Positions 1 to 9,771 are shown, counted from the first letter of the stretch. The stretch: DNA of 64,000 bases from a bacterium (GCA_018814885.1 JAHIYU010000072.1:2211-66210); one strand, 5' to 3'. Translations and numbers: made by a program. The notes: a model not told the origin generated them from the letters alone.

Positions 1-2
1 TC

Positions 3-1376
3 ACCGTCGAGTTCGTGGTCTCCGACGACGCGGAGGCGTACCAGGCGGAGCTCCACGGCGAGCTGATCGTGGGCGACGTGGATCCCGGCGCGCCCGTCGG
101 CCCCGACGCCTACGGCTACTACGCCCTCGACAGCGCCGACATCGACTACCCGGCGGTGGTGCCGGCGTACCGCTGGACGCACCTTAATCCCGCCTACGGC
201 GGCGCGGGCGTCGAGGTGCCCTTCGCGAGCGACAACGCCTTCGCGGCGGTGGGCCTGCCCTTCGCCTTCCGGTACTACGGCCAGACCTACTCGGGGCAGA
301 TCAGGATCAGCGAGAACGGCTGGATCAGCTTCGACACCAGCGACGAATTCGAGTTCTACAACTGGCCGCTGCCCAGCAGCCACGGCAACCATTCGGTCGT
401 CGCGCCCTTCTGGGACAACTTCGATCCCACGCTGGAGGGCACCGGCGGCGTCTTCACGCGTCACGACGCCGCGGCGGGGACCTTCACTGTGGAGTGGAGC
501 AACATGCTGCACTACCTCTCGACGGTGGACGACGTCGATCCGCCCGTGGACGACGCGCAAACCTTCCAGCTCGTGCTGTTCGACCCCGCCGTCCACGCCA
601 CCCCGACCGGCGACGGCGAGATCGAGTTCCTGTACCGGCAGGTGATCAACGCCGACCATCTGCGCCAGTTCGCGACGGTCGGCCTGGAGAGCCCCGACGA
701 GACGGACGGCCTGGAGCTGACCTACGCGGGCCTCTATGCGCCGGGCGTGGCGCCCATCGGGCCCGGCCTGGCCGTCAAGCTGACCACCAAGCCGCCCGTA
801 TACGATCCCTTCGCGGTAGAGACGTTCACGGCCGAGCGGTCTGCCGCGGGCGCTACCCTCGCCTGGAGCGTCGTCGACACGCGGCCGGTCACGGGCTGGA
901 TCGTGACGCGGCGCGACGCCACCGGCGAGACCGTGCTGACCGCCGAACCGCTGGCGCCGGGCGCGCGCGAGTTCCTCGACGCCGGCGGCACCGGCGAGGG
1001 GGAGACCGCCTACCGGCTGATCTCGCTGCACCCCTACGGGCACCGCACCGACGCCGGCACGACGACCCTCGAGGCCACCGCCGGCGGCGAGGGCCGGGTG
1101 CGCTTCTCGCTGTTCCCGGTACAGCCCAATCCGGCGCGGGGTGACGCGCGCATCGGCTTCGCCCTGCCGCAGGGCGGACCCGTGATGCTGCGCGTATACG
1201 ACGTGGCCGGACGCCTGGTGCGCGTGCTGCTCGACGGCGAGATGCCCTCGGGCCCCTCGCAGCTCACCTGGGACGGCCGCACGGCAGACGGCCAGGAGGC
1301 CGCGGCCGGCGTGTACTTCACCAGGCTCGAGAGCGCCGGACGCGTGCAGACCCAGAAGCTGCTGCTGGTGAGATAG
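3..1376 (+). CDS. Secreted protein with C-terminal FlgD-Ig-like / T9SS-type sorting domain; 5' end lies outside the window
   Basis: ORF is open from the window edge. The C-terminal ~85 aa (FSLFPVQPNPARGD...VYFTRLESAGRVQTQKLLLV) matches the FlgD-like / Por-secretion tail pattern that recurs on three other proteins here. Confidence 0.55.
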   Translation, partial: TVEFVVSDDAEAYQAELHGELIVGDVDPGAPVGPDAYGYYALDSADIDYPAVVPAYRWTHLNPAYGGAGVEVPFASDNAFAAVGLPFAFRYYGQTYSGQIRISENGWISFDTSDEFEFYNWPLPSSHGNHSVVAPFWDNFDPTLEGTGGVFTRHDAAAGTFTVEWSNMLHYLSTVDDVDPPVDDAQTFQLVLFDPAVHATPTGDGEIEFLYRQVINADHLRQFATVGLESPDETDGLELTYAGLYAPGVAPIGPGLAVKLTTKPPVYDPFAVETFTAERSAAGATLAWSVVDTRPVTGWIVTRRDATGETVLTAEPLAPGAREFLDAGGTGEGETAYRLISLHPYGHRTDAGTTTLEATAGGEGRVRFSLFPVQPNPARGDARIGFALPQGGPVMLRVYDVAGRLVRVLLDGEMPSGPSQLTWDGRTADGQEAAAGVYFTRLESAGRVQTQKLLLVR

Positions 1377-1387
1377 GAGCGCGAGAC

Positions 1388-2551
1388 GTGAGGTTCATCC
1401 TGTTCTTGCTGGCCGTGATCACGATCCTCGGGCTGTGGGAGATGGCGCGGCACCGCTACATGCGTCGTCGCATACCCCTGCGCATCCACGTGAACGGCAG
1501 CCGGGGCAAATCCTCCGTTACGCGCCTGATCGCCGCGGGCCTGCATGCTGGAGGACTGCGCACGTGCGCCAAGACCACCGGTTCGGCGGCGCGCTTCATC
1601 CACGTCGACGGCAGCGAATCCCCGATCGTGAGGCACGGTTCGCCCAACATCCGCGAGCAGCTGCGCGTCTTCCGGCAGGCGGTGTCGGAGAAGGCCGAGG
1701 CGCTGGTGATCGAGTGCATGGCGGTCAGGCCGGACCTGCAGTGGACCTGCGAGCACCGCATCGTCGGCAGCACCCACGGCGTGGTCACCAACGTGCGTTC
1801 CGACCACCTGGAAGTGCAGGGCCCCCGGCTCGAGGACGTGGCGCGCGGCCTGGCGGGCACCATCCCATGCAACGCCGCCTTCTTCACGGGGGAGGAGACC
1901 TTTGCGCCCTATCTCGAGCAGCAGGCGCGGCGGCGCGGCTCCCGCTTCCAGCGGACCGTCCCCTCCACGGTGAGCGAGGAGGATCTGGCTCCCTTCACCT
2001 ATGTCGAGTTCGCGGAGAACGTGAGCCTGGCTCTCGACGTCTGCGAGGCGGCCGGCGTGCAGCGGTGCAAGGCGCTGGAGGGCATGTGGAAGGTGCGCCC
2101 CGACGTGGGCGCCCTCGACCGCGTGCGCATCGACGTGCCGGGCAAGGAGGTCCACTTCGTCAACGCCTTCGCGGCCAACGATCCCGAATCCACGGCGCGG
2201 ATCTGGGAGCACCTGGGCCTGTCGAAGAGCCCCGAAGCGGCGATCGTGCTCTACAACAACCGGGCGGACCGCATGCGGCGCGCCCGCGACCTGGCTCCCC
2301 TCTTCGGCGACACGATAACCGCCCGCCGCTACGTGCTGGTGGGCGAATCGACGGCGCAACTCTCCGATCTCTTCGGCCGGCGCGTGCCGCGCGACAGCGT
2401 CGTGGACCTGGGCGGGCTGGACGCGGCCGAGGCCTGGCGCAGACTCGTCGAGATCTGCGGCGAGCGGGCCACCGTGGTGGGCGTCGGGAACATCGGCGGG
2501 GCGGGCATGGCCCTGCTCGATCTGCTGAGGGAGAAGGAGGTGGCGCCGTGA
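1388..2551 (+). CDS. pgsB: Poly-gamma-glutamate synthase PgsB/CapB (Mur-ligase-like amide ligase)
   Basis: Short N-terminal TM helix, then the P-loop NGSRGKSSVTRLI typical of CapB/PgsB; length 387 aa. The stop overlaps the pgsC start (GTGA). Confidence 0.85.
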   Translation: MRFILFLLAVITILGLWEMARHRYMRRRIPLRIHVNGSRGKSSVTRLIAAGLHAGGLRTCAKTTGSAARFIHVDGSESPIVRHGSPNIREQLRVFRQAVSEKAEALVIECMAVRPDLQWTCEHRIVGSTHGVVTNVRSDHLEVQGPRLEDVARGLAGTIPCNAAFFTGEETFAPYLEQQARRRGSRFQRTVPSTVSEEDLAPFTYVEFAENVSLALDVCEAAGVQRCKALEGMWKVRPDVGALDRVRIDVPGKEVHFVNAFAANDPESTARIWEHLGLSKSPEAAIVLYNNRADRMRRARDLAPLFGDTITARRYVLVGESTAQLSDLFGRRVPRDSVVDLGGLDAAEAWRRLVEICGERATVVGVGNIGGAGMALLDLLREKEVAP

Positions 2552-3021
2552 TCATCCAGGCCATCGGCTTGGGGCTCGTGGTCAGCCTCGTCTTCTCTGA
2601 GATCATGGGCGTGGCGGCGGGCGGTCTCATCGTGCCGGGGTACATCGCCCTTCACCTGCACCAGCCGCTGCGCGTGGCGGGCACCATCGTCGCTGCCATG
2701 CTCACCTACGGCACCGTCCAGCTGCTGAGCCGGTTCATCCTGCTCTACGGCCGGCGCACCCTGGTCTTCAGCGTGCTGGTGGGCTTCGTCTTCGGCTATC
2801 TGACGCGCTACGTGCTGGTCTTCAACGCCATGCTCGATACGGGGCTGGACGTGTCGATCGTGCAGTCCATCGGCTACATCATCCCCGGCCTGATCGCCTA
2901 CTGGATGCATCGCCAGGGCGTGATCGAGACGATCAGCACGATGATCATGGCGGCTTTCCTGGTCCGGCTGGCGCTGGTCCTGGCACACGGAGGCAGGCTT
3001 GTTGACATGGCTATCGGCTAG
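2548..3021 (+). CDS. pgsC: Poly-gamma-glutamate biosynthesis membrane protein PgsC/CapC
   Basis: About 157-aa polytopic membrane protein (IQAIGLGLVVSLVFSEIMG...IIPGLIAYWMHRQG) directly coupled to pgsB. Only the 3' part of the long 1435..3021 ORF is taken; its GTG at 2548 is in frame. Confidence 0.8.
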   Translation: MIIQAIGLGLVVSLVFSEIMGVAAGGLIVPGYIALHLHQPLRVAGTIVAAMLTYGTVQLLSRFILLYGRRTLVFSVLVGFVFGYLTRYVLVFNAMLDTGLDVSIVQSIGYIIPGLIAYWMHRQGVIETISTMIMAAFLVRLALVLAHGGRLVDMAIG

Positions 3022-4135
3022 CCGCCGCCCCCTGATCCTGGGCGGCCTCGCGGTGCTGGCGCTCCTGCTGCAGGGGGTGCTCGAAAGGACGCGTACGCCC
3101 GTCAAGCAACGAGACTATGAGCTCAAGATGGCCGCGGCCGAGAAGGCGTATGCGGCCTATCTTGCCGTCAGACGCGACCGGCAGATGGATAACGCGACGG
3201 TGGAGCTGGAAAGCGATCCGGCCGGTACTGGGCTGATTGGCCCCGAGGAAAGCAAAATCACCAACTCGCCAGGTGATCTGGTTGCCAAGCAGACATGCCT
3301 GAATCCTAACTGGGCGGCGGTGATCGTGGACATGTTCCGACACGCCGGCCTGAAGGCGGGCGACTCCGTGGTCATCGCCGTCACGGGCTCGTTTCCCGGC
3401 CTCAACATCGCCGTCTACGCTGCGGTGGAGGCCATGGAGCTCCTGCCGGTCGTCATCACATCGGTGAGCGCGTCCCATTGGGGTGCCAGTGATCCCTTGT
3501 TCACCTGGCTCGACATGGAAAAACTCTTCATCAAGGAGGGGGTCTTTGACGTGCGATCCGCCGCTGCGACACTCGGCGCCAGCGACGACATGGGGCGGGG
3601 CCTCACCCCGACAGGGTGCCAAATGGTCCGCGCCGCCATCGACCGCAACGATATTCCCTTACTTGCCTCGAGAGATATCGAGGATGCTATAACGGTCCGC
3701 ATGGCCTTCATCGAGGAGTGCTTGGATGGACGCCGCTGTCGGGCCTATGTCAACGTGGGTGGCGGTGTGGCAAGCCTGGGTGCCACACGGAACAAGCATC
3801 TTATTAAACGCGGGTTGTCCACGACTCTCGGAGTGAAAAACTGGCCGCGAAAGGGGTGCATGGTCCGGATGTCGGACAAGGGTGTGCCGGTGATTCACCT
3901 ACTGAATATCAGCGACCTGGCCCATGATTATGGACTGCCGCAGCCACCGGACTATGATTACTTGGCGACCCCCGGCGAGGGGGACATATTCAAGCGCGAC
4001 AGCTACCGCTACTCGCTGGTGGCCGTGTTCTTCCTGGTCTATGCCGGACTATGCGCCGTTGTTCTGGCGCCGGAGGTCCGCCGCAAATTGCTTCCCCCCT
4101 TTGGCTTCGTCAGACGTGTAGGAGATGTGAAATGA
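2999..4135 (+). CDS. Membrane-anchored protein of the poly-gamma-glutamate locus; candidate PgsA substitute (poly-gamma-glutamate system protein, TIGR04332-like)
   Basis: TTG start overlaps the pgsC 3' end after a GGAGG RBS. N-terminal TM anchor. It sits where PgsA/CapA normally lies, but no metallophosphatase motifs are visible. Lower GC than its neighbours. Confidence 0.45.
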   Translation: MLTWLSASRRPLILGGLAVLALLLQGVLERTRTPVKQRDYELKMAAAEKAYAAYLAVRRDRQMDNATVELESDPAGTGLIGPEESKITNSPGDLVAKQTCLNPNWAAVIVDMFRHAGLKAGDSVVIAVTGSFPGLNIAVYAAVEAMELLPVVITSVSASHWGASDPLFTWLDMEKLFIKEGVFDVRSAAATLGASDDMGRGLTPTGCQMVRAAIDRNDIPLLASRDIEDAITVRMAFIEECLDGRRCRAYVNVGGGVASLGATRNKHLIKRGLSTTLGVKNWPRKGCMVRMSDKGVPVIHLLNISDLAHDYGLPQPPDYDYLATPGEGDIFKRDSYRYSLVAVFFLVYAGLCAVVLAPEVRRKLLPPFGFVRRVGDVK

Positions 4136-5058
4136 CCTCTCGCCTTGTTATTGCGAGCCGTCTATCCGCCGCCGTGGCTTGCTTTACGCTGCTCTGCCTT
4201 TCGGGACCCGCAACGGCTGCCATGCGTTGGCGCACCTTGGAAACCACGGTCGACCTGGGCGAGACGTGCCTGACAGTGGATGGGCGACAAGTGAACTACA
4301 AGCGTCTGGATCCTGAGGAACCTGTCGTCATTAGAATTCGCGGACCGCGGAAGGTGAAGATCATCTGCCGCTACCTCTTCGAACCGAACGAACAGGGGCG
4401 TCGCGGCTTCACCCTGCACGTGGCGATAGACGGCGCTCAGATATTGAGCAAGGTGTTCCGCGGCTCGCGGCAGAACGATGTGTTCCTTTGCGGCGAGGAA
4501 GCGACCCCCGCCGGCGACTTGCGGCGCGCCTATGTTACGGTTGGCGATGGGTGGCACGAACTGGGGGTCACCGCCATCGCCACGGAGCAACAGGGAGCGG
4601 TCGTCGCGCGGTTCTTTCGCGAGACCAAGACCCCGCCTGCAAAATTGGTCTCGTATGCTCCTGAGCAATACGCCGGCGTGACGCAAATACAGTTCGAAAG
4701 CGGCAACAGCTTCTCCTATTACACCTTCACGCCCGAGCTCCCGCTGACTTGTGAGGTGACTGGCCCCACCAAGCTCACCGTCTGGACGAGGCTCGATTTC
4801 GACCACACCATGCATAAAAGTCAGCCCTACACCTTGGAGGCCGTGATCGACGGTGACCCGTGGCAGACCTTCCACTACAACGCGAAGAAGGAGGAAGCCG
4901 CCGTGTACACGGACCGTCCGGACGTCCTGCCTGGCAAGCGCATGACAATGGAACTGCCGCTGGGCAAGGGCCGGCACCGCGTGGAGATCCGCTGTGTGCG
5001 GCCCGAGGGCTGCTGCGTGACCGCCATGATCCGCATACCCGCGAAGGACGTCAGGTAG
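4132..5058 (+). CDS. Hypothetical secreted protein (signal peptide), Cys-containing
   Basis: ATG at 4132 overlaps the upstream stop (ATGA). Signal peptide MTSRLVIASRLSAAVACFTLLCLSGPATAA. No recognisable domain. Confidence 0.5.
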   Translation: MTSRLVIASRLSAAVACFTLLCLSGPATAAMRWRTLETTVDLGETCLTVDGRQVNYKRLDPEEPVVIRIRGPRKVKIICRYLFEPNEQGRRGFTLHVAIDGAQILSKVFRGSRQNDVFLCGEEATPAGDLRRAYVTVGDGWHELGVTAIATEQQGAVVARFFRETKTPPAKLVSYAPEQYAGVTQIQFESGNSFSYYTFTPELPLTCEVTGPTKLTVWTRLDFDHTMHKSQPYTLEAVIDGDPWQTFHYNAKKEEAAVYTDRPDVLPGKRMTMELPLGKGRHRVEIRCVRPEGCCVTAMIRIPAKDVR

Positions 5059-5065
5059 GATAGAC

Positions 5066-6259
5066 ATGCACTTAATCACCAACAGGGGGATGATCCCGGG
5101 ACTGCTGCTGTTGGCGGTGCTGCTGCTCGAGACGTCCCCGTCCGTCGCCCAACAGCCGCCGGCCGGGACCAGCGCCCGGGGCCAGGGACTGGCCGCCCCC
5201 GAGTCGTTGCAGAAGAGCCCGGGCCGGAAGTCGTCGGGCGAGAAGAAGAAATCCAAGTGGAAGACCAGCGTGACCGTCGGTCTGGAGACGATCTACGACG
5301 ACAACTTCCTGCGCTATTCGGACGACTACCTGGACGACTTCCACGCGGGAACCTACCCCTACAAGTTCCAGATCGACCGCCAGGACACGCACATCCTCGC
5401 GCCCAGCATAGACATGTACGCCCAGCGCAGGCTGATCTCCTGGGGCGACACCCGCTTCCGCTTCAATTTCAAGCGCTGGCAGTACATCCAGGGGCAGATC
5501 AAGTCCAACATGGACTTCGACTACTATGTCCGGCAGTACCTGCCCGGCGGCCGCAGCGTGGAGCTCTGGTACAACTACGCGCCCGAGCAGTACATCCGCG
5601 AACTGTCGTACCGGACGCCGCTGCAGCCCCCCAGCGATCCTCTCGAGTGGGGCGAGTTCCGCTACACGCGCAACGTCTTCGGCCTGATCTGCAGGCAGAA
5701 GGTGCGCAGCAACATGAACCTCAAGCTGCTCCTGAACCGGTCCCTGCGTTATTACAACCAGGCGTTCATGGAGAACGACATCAAGGACCTCGGTCTGCGC
5801 GGCACGCTCTACTGGGACGTGCACAAGGCCTGGCGCGTGACCATGGACTACGGCTTCTCCGACGCGCCCGCCCGCGGCGCCAACGAGGTGGGGGAGACGC
5901 TCGAGACCAGCGACGACTCAGATCCCTCCTACAAGCGCGACCTCTACCAGATCGACGTCGGCTGGGCGCCCAAGTGGGCCGAGCGATACTTCGACAAGGT
6001 CTCCCTGAGCGGCCAGTACCAGATCTACTGGTTCACCTCGGCCAAGAGCCTCGCCGACGACCCCTACCACGTGGGGCGCAAGGACATGGTCTACGCGGTG
6101 CAACTGGATTTCGACCGCGAGCTCAACAAGCAGGTCGATCTTAAAATCGGCGTCAAGTACACGCGGCGGACGGTAGAGTCTCCCTGGAAGGGCGACATCG
6201 CCGAGGACAAGGACTACAACCAGCGCCGGTACTGGATCGGCCTGACGTACAAGTTGTAA
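5066..6259 (+). CDS. Putative outer-membrane beta-barrel protein
   Basis: Signal peptide (MIPGLLLLAVLLL...VAQQ). Alternating amphipathic beta-strand pattern rich in Y/W/F. Ends GLTYKL. Same strand and tight spacing behind the pgs genes. Confidence 0.5.
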   Translation: MHLITNRGMIPGLLLLAVLLLETSPSVAQQPPAGTSARGQGLAAPESLQKSPGRKSSGEKKKSKWKTSVTVGLETIYDDNFLRYSDDYLDDFHAGTYPYKFQIDRQDTHILAPSIDMYAQRRLISWGDTRFRFNFKRWQYIQGQIKSNMDFDYYVRQYLPGGRSVELWYNYAPEQYIRELSYRTPLQPPSDPLEWGEFRYTRNVFGLICRQKVRSNMNLKLLLNRSLRYYNQAFMENDIKDLGLRGTLYWDVHKAWRVTMDYGFSDAPARGANEVGETLETSDDSDPSYKRDLYQIDVGWAPKWAERYFDKVSLSGQYQIYWFTSAKSLADDPYHVGRKDMVYAVQLDFDRELNKQVDLKIGVKYTRRTVESPWKGDIAEDKDYNQRRYWIGLTYKL

Positions 6260-6268
6260 GGAGCCGGA

Positions 6269-8659
6269 ATGACGAAGCGCGACATGATGAGGTTTCCCGT
6301 GCTGGTGGCGATCGCGGCGTTGCTGGGAGGTTGCGGCGCGGCCGACCTCTACGTGGCGCCCGAGTCCCCCTTCCACATCGTCGGCAGGGTGCCCCTGCCC
6401 AGCGCCAACGAAGGCGTCGCCGCCCTCGGACAGTACGCCTACGTGGCCGGCGGGCAGGCCGGGCTGCACGTGATCGACATCTCCGATCCCGGCGACCCGC
6501 GGCTGATCGATACCATCAACACCACCAAGTACGCGGGCAGCATCGAGTTGATCCGCACCTTCGCCGACCAGACCCTGCTGGACATCGCGCTGGTCGTCGA
6601 GGGCACCGAGGGCATCACGACCTACGACGTGACCGATCCGTTCGACGTGGTCTCCTTCAACCAGGGCACCACGGCCGTGGACGGCAACCGCATCTTCGTC
6701 GAGGAAACGGACGATCCCGACGAGCCCTTCGTCGTCTACCTGGCCGAGAGCTGGAAGGGCGTGCGCATCTTCGAGTCGACGCCCGATTTCCCCGGCGTGC
6801 TGGCGTACAACGGCGTCTTCGCGGGCACGCAGGGCTACGCCATGGGCATCGCCGCCAAGGACGGCTACGCCTACGTTGCCGACGACGAGATGGGCCTGGC
6901 GGTTCTCGACGTGCGCGAGCGCGTGCTGGGCGCCGTGCGGCTCGTGAGCTGGTGCGACTCGCCGGGCAACGCCCTCGACGTGGCCGTCGACGGCGACTAC
7001 GCCTACGTGGCCGACGGCACCGAGGGCATCGCGATCTACCGCATCGACGGCGGCGAGACGCCGGTCAAGCTCGCCCAGCTCGACCTGACCGCCTACAGCC
7101 GCTCGATCGTGGTCGCCCGCGGCTACGCGCTGCTCTGCGCCGCCGACGGCGGCGTGCACGTGGTGGACGTGCGCGACCCGGAAAACCCCGCCTACGCCGG
7201 GACCGTCGAGACGGGCTACGCCTCCGATCTCTGCATCGCCCCCTCCGGTCACGTGCTCGTGGCCGACCGCCAGCAGGGCATCCTGGTGCTGGCGGGACCC
7301 GACCTGTCCAGCGACACCCGCGCACCAGCCCCCGTGACGACACTCGCCGGCGCGTTCCTGAGCTCATCCTCGGTCCGCCTCACCTGGCAGGCCACCGGCG
7401 ACGACGGCTACTACGGCACCGCCAGCGCCTACGAGATGCGCTACGCCCAGACCGCCATCCTGGACGAGGCCGACTGGGAAGCGGCGCAGCCCGTCGCCGG
7501 ACTGCCCGCCCCGACGGACGCGGGCAGCGAGCAATCGGCCGACGTGACGGGCCTGCTGCAGGAGACCACCTGGCACTTCGCCCTGAAGGTCCTCGACGAG
7601 GAAGGACACGTGTCCGACCTGTCCAACGACGCGGCCGTGACCACCCCCTCCGGCACCTTCCTGAGCGGCGCCGGCGTCGAGCCCGACTTCGGGACCCTCG
7701 CCACGGAATTCACCTTCGAGGTGACCTACTTCGACGACGACGGCGACGAACCGGTCACCCGCGACGCTGAGATCGACGGCCTGGTCTCGGCGATGGCCTA
7801 CGTGTCGGGCGAGCCCGAGACCGGCTCCCTGTATCGCCTGGCGACAACTCTCGCCGCCGGCGTCCACAGCTACCGCTTCCTCTTCGACGACGGTCAGGGC
7901 AACCTCGCGACCGCCGAGCCGGCGGACCGGCCCGTGGTCGGCACGGCCGCTTTCGTCATGGGCAGCCCGGGCGGCGAGACCGGTCGGCGCTACGACGAGG
8001 TCCAGTTCGAGGTCGCGCTGACCCGCGAAATCGTGGTCGCGCCCGTGGAGGTGACCCAGCTCGCCTGGAACGCGCTCATGCCCGTGAATCCCTCGACCTT
8101 CGTGGGCGACGATCTGCCGGTGCACAACGTCAGCTGGTTCGACGCCATCGACTACTGCAACGCCCTGTCCGACCAGGACGGCCTCGTCCTCGCCTACACC
8201 GTGGACGGTCCCTACGTGACCTGGCATCGCGGCGCCGACGGCTGGCGCCTGCCCACCGAGGCCGAGTGGGAGTACCACTGCCGCGCCGGCACCGCGACCG
8301 GCCTCTACAACGGCGAGCTCACGGAGGTCCACTGCGGCGCCGACGCCCTCCTGGACGCCGCCGGCTGGTACTGTGGCAACGCCGACGCGCCCCGAGCGAA
8401 GCAGCAGAAGGCCGCCAACGCGTTTGGCATGTACGACATGCTGGGCAACGTCCGCGAGTGGTGCTGGGACTGGTACGGCCCCTATCCCGAGGGACCGGTC
8501 CTGGACCCCGAGGGCCCCGCCGACGGCGAGCAGCGCGTAGTGCGCGGCGGCAGCTGGCACTACTACGCCCGCGACTGCCGCAGCGCGGCCCGCGGCACCT
8601 TCTATCCGACCTCGGCGGACGACTTCGTGGGCTTCCGCGTGGTGCGGACCCCGGATTAA
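6269..8659 (+). CDS. Lipoprotein with LVIVD beta-propeller repeats and a C-terminal FGE-sulfatase (formylglycine-generating-enzyme-like) domain
   Basis: Lipobox LLGGC. Repeated LHVIDISDP / YAYVADDEMGLAVLDV / YAYVADGTEGIAIY blocks (LVIVD repeat). C-terminus WRLPTEAEWEY...GNVREWCWDWY...RGGSWHYYARDCRSAARG matches SUMF1/FGE domain signatures. Confidence 0.7.
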   Translation: MTKRDMMRFPVLVAIAALLGGCGAADLYVAPESPFHIVGRVPLPSANEGVAALGQYAYVAGGQAGLHVIDISDPGDPRLIDTINTTKYAGSIELIRTFADQTLLDIALVVEGTEGITTYDVTDPFDVVSFNQGTTAVDGNRIFVEETDDPDEPFVVYLAESWKGVRIFESTPDFPGVLAYNGVFAGTQGYAMGIAAKDGYAYVADDEMGLAVLDVRERVLGAVRLVSWCDSPGNALDVAVDGDYAYVADGTEGIAIYRIDGGETPVKLAQLDLTAYSRSIVVARGYALLCAADGGVHVVDVRDPENPAYAGTVETGYASDLCIAPSGHVLVADRQQGILVLAGPDLSSDTRAPAPVTTLAGAFLSSSSVRLTWQATGDDGYYGTASAYEMRYAQTAILDEADWEAAQPVAGLPAPTDAGSEQSADVTGLLQETTWHFALKVLDEEGHVSDLSNDAAVTTPSGTFLSGAGVEPDFGTLATEFTFEVTYFDDDGDEPVTRDAEIDGLVSAMAYVSGEPETGSLYRLATTLAAGVHSYRFLFDDGQGNLATAEPADRPVVGTAAFVMGSPGGETGRRYDEVQFEVALTREIVVAPVEVTQLAWNALMPVNPSTFVGDDLPVHNVSWFDAIDYCNALSDQDGLVLAYTVDGPYVTWHRGADGWRLPTEAEWEYHCRAGTATGLYNGELTEVHCGADALLDAAGWYCGNADAPRAKQQKAANAFGMYDMLGNVREWCWDWYGPYPEGPVLDPEGPADGEQRVVRGGSWHYYARDCRSAARGTFYPTSADDFVGFRVVRTPD

Positions 8660-8673
8660 CGAGAGGAAGGCGC

Positions 8674-9771
8674 GTGGCAGAGAAGCAGCGCTTCGAGTTC
8701 ATCGACCAGTTCCGCGGGCTCGTCGGCGTCATGATGGCCCTCGGTCACAGCAACTACTACTTCAACTCGGTGTGGCTCAGCCTCGATCCGCTGGACCCGT
8801 TCTTCGGCACCGCCGGTCAGTTCTGGCTGCGCTACATGGGATACCTCTGCGCGCCGGGATTCCTGATGATGAACGGCGCGATGGTCTACTACGCCTACTG
8901 GCGCCGCATCAAGAACGGCGTCCGGGACGGGCGCGCCCGCTGGGACTTCGTGCAGCGCGGGCTCTTCCTGATCGCCGTGCAGCTCGTGTGGGTCAACGCC
9001 AGCTGGAGCGGCTTCACCCGGCTGCGCCTGGACCACTTCGGGATCATCGCCACCATCGGCGCCTCGATGCTGCTGCTGATCCTGATGGTGCGCTGGCGCT
9101 GGCAATGGCGCCTGGCGGCGGCGGCCGCGCTGTTCGCGGTCCATTTGCTGCTGCTGCGCATCCCCTACGATCACGCCTCCTGGACCCACATCCCCATGCA
9201 GCTCTTCGTGGACGCCGGCGACTACAACAAGTACCCGATCATCCCCTGGTTCGCCCTGGCGGTCGGGGGCAGCGTCATGGCCCACTTCTGGTTCGAGGCC
9301 TGGCGCGACAATGCCACCCGCGCAAACCGCAGCATGCTCATCGGCGCGGTCCTGGTGCTGGCGGCCTGGGGCGTGCGCTGGTGGGGCGGCGGCTACGGCA
9401 ACATCTTCCCCCACGGCGAATTCCTGAGCTGGGCCTTCCTGCTGGTCCAGAAATACCCGCCCAGCCTGGCGCACCAGCTGTGGTTCGCGGGCGCGGTCAT
9501 CTTCATGGTGGGCCTGTTCTGCCGCATGGGCATGTACACGAAGCTCCTGCGGCCTTTCGCCATCGTCGGGCGCGTGCCCATGTTCTTCTACGCCGTGCAC
9601 ATCCCGCTGCTGGCCATCTTCACGCGTCGCTTCGGCGTCTACTACCGCGAGGGGGAGGTGCTGGCTTCCTTCGTCGGACTGGTGGGGTTGCTGGCGGTCA
9701 TGATGCCTCTTGCGATCTGGTTCGGGGGGGTCAAGCGGCGGTCGCGGAACTGGTTCATACGCATGATTTGA
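8674..9771 (+). CDS. Polytopic membrane acyltransferase-like protein (DUF1624 / heparan-alpha-glucosaminide N-acetyltransferase-like)
   Basis: GTG start at 8674 after a GAGGAAGG RBS, 15 nt past the upstream stop. N-terminus RFEFIDQFRGLVGVMMAL resembles the DUF1624 family start. About 10 predicted TM helices. Confidence 0.55.
   Translation: MAEKQRFEFIDQFRGLVGVMMALGHSNYYFNSVWLSLDPLDPFFGTAGQFWLRYMGYLCAPGFLMMNGAMVYYAYWRRIKNGVRDGRARWDFVQRGLFLIAVQLVWVNASWSGFTRLRLDHFGIIATIGASMLLLILMVRWRWQWRLAAAAALFAVHLLLLRIPYDHASWTHIPMQLFVDAGDYNKYPIIPWFALAVGGSVMAHFWFEAWRDNATRANRSMLIGAVLVLAAWGVRWWGGGYGNIFPHGEFLSWAFLLVQKYPPSLAHQLWFAGAVIFMVGLFCRMGMYTKLLRPFAIVGRVPMFFYAVHIPLLAIFTRRFGVYYREGEVLASFVGLVGLLAVMMPLAIWFGGVKRRSRNWFIRMI

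Noticed and set aside
1435-2547. 5' portion of ORF 1435..3021 overlapping pgsB
   Set aside because: A different frame of pgsB with Arg / Gly-rich translation. Only the 3' 474 nt (PgsC) make sense.
5918-7770. Long ORFs 5918..7252 (minus) and 6331..7770 (plus) overlapping the LVIVD / FGE lipoprotein gene
   Set aside because: Arg / Gly / Ala / Pro-rich shadow frames without starts in good context. The 6269..8659 frame has a lipobox, LVIVD repeats and an FGE domain.
8266-8673. Upstream 408-nt extension of the 8266..9771 ORF
   Set aside because: It overlaps the 3' end of the FGE-domain gene in another frame and is Arg / Pro-rich junk. A GTG with RBS at 8674, just after the upstream stop, gives a sensible membrane-protein N-terminus.
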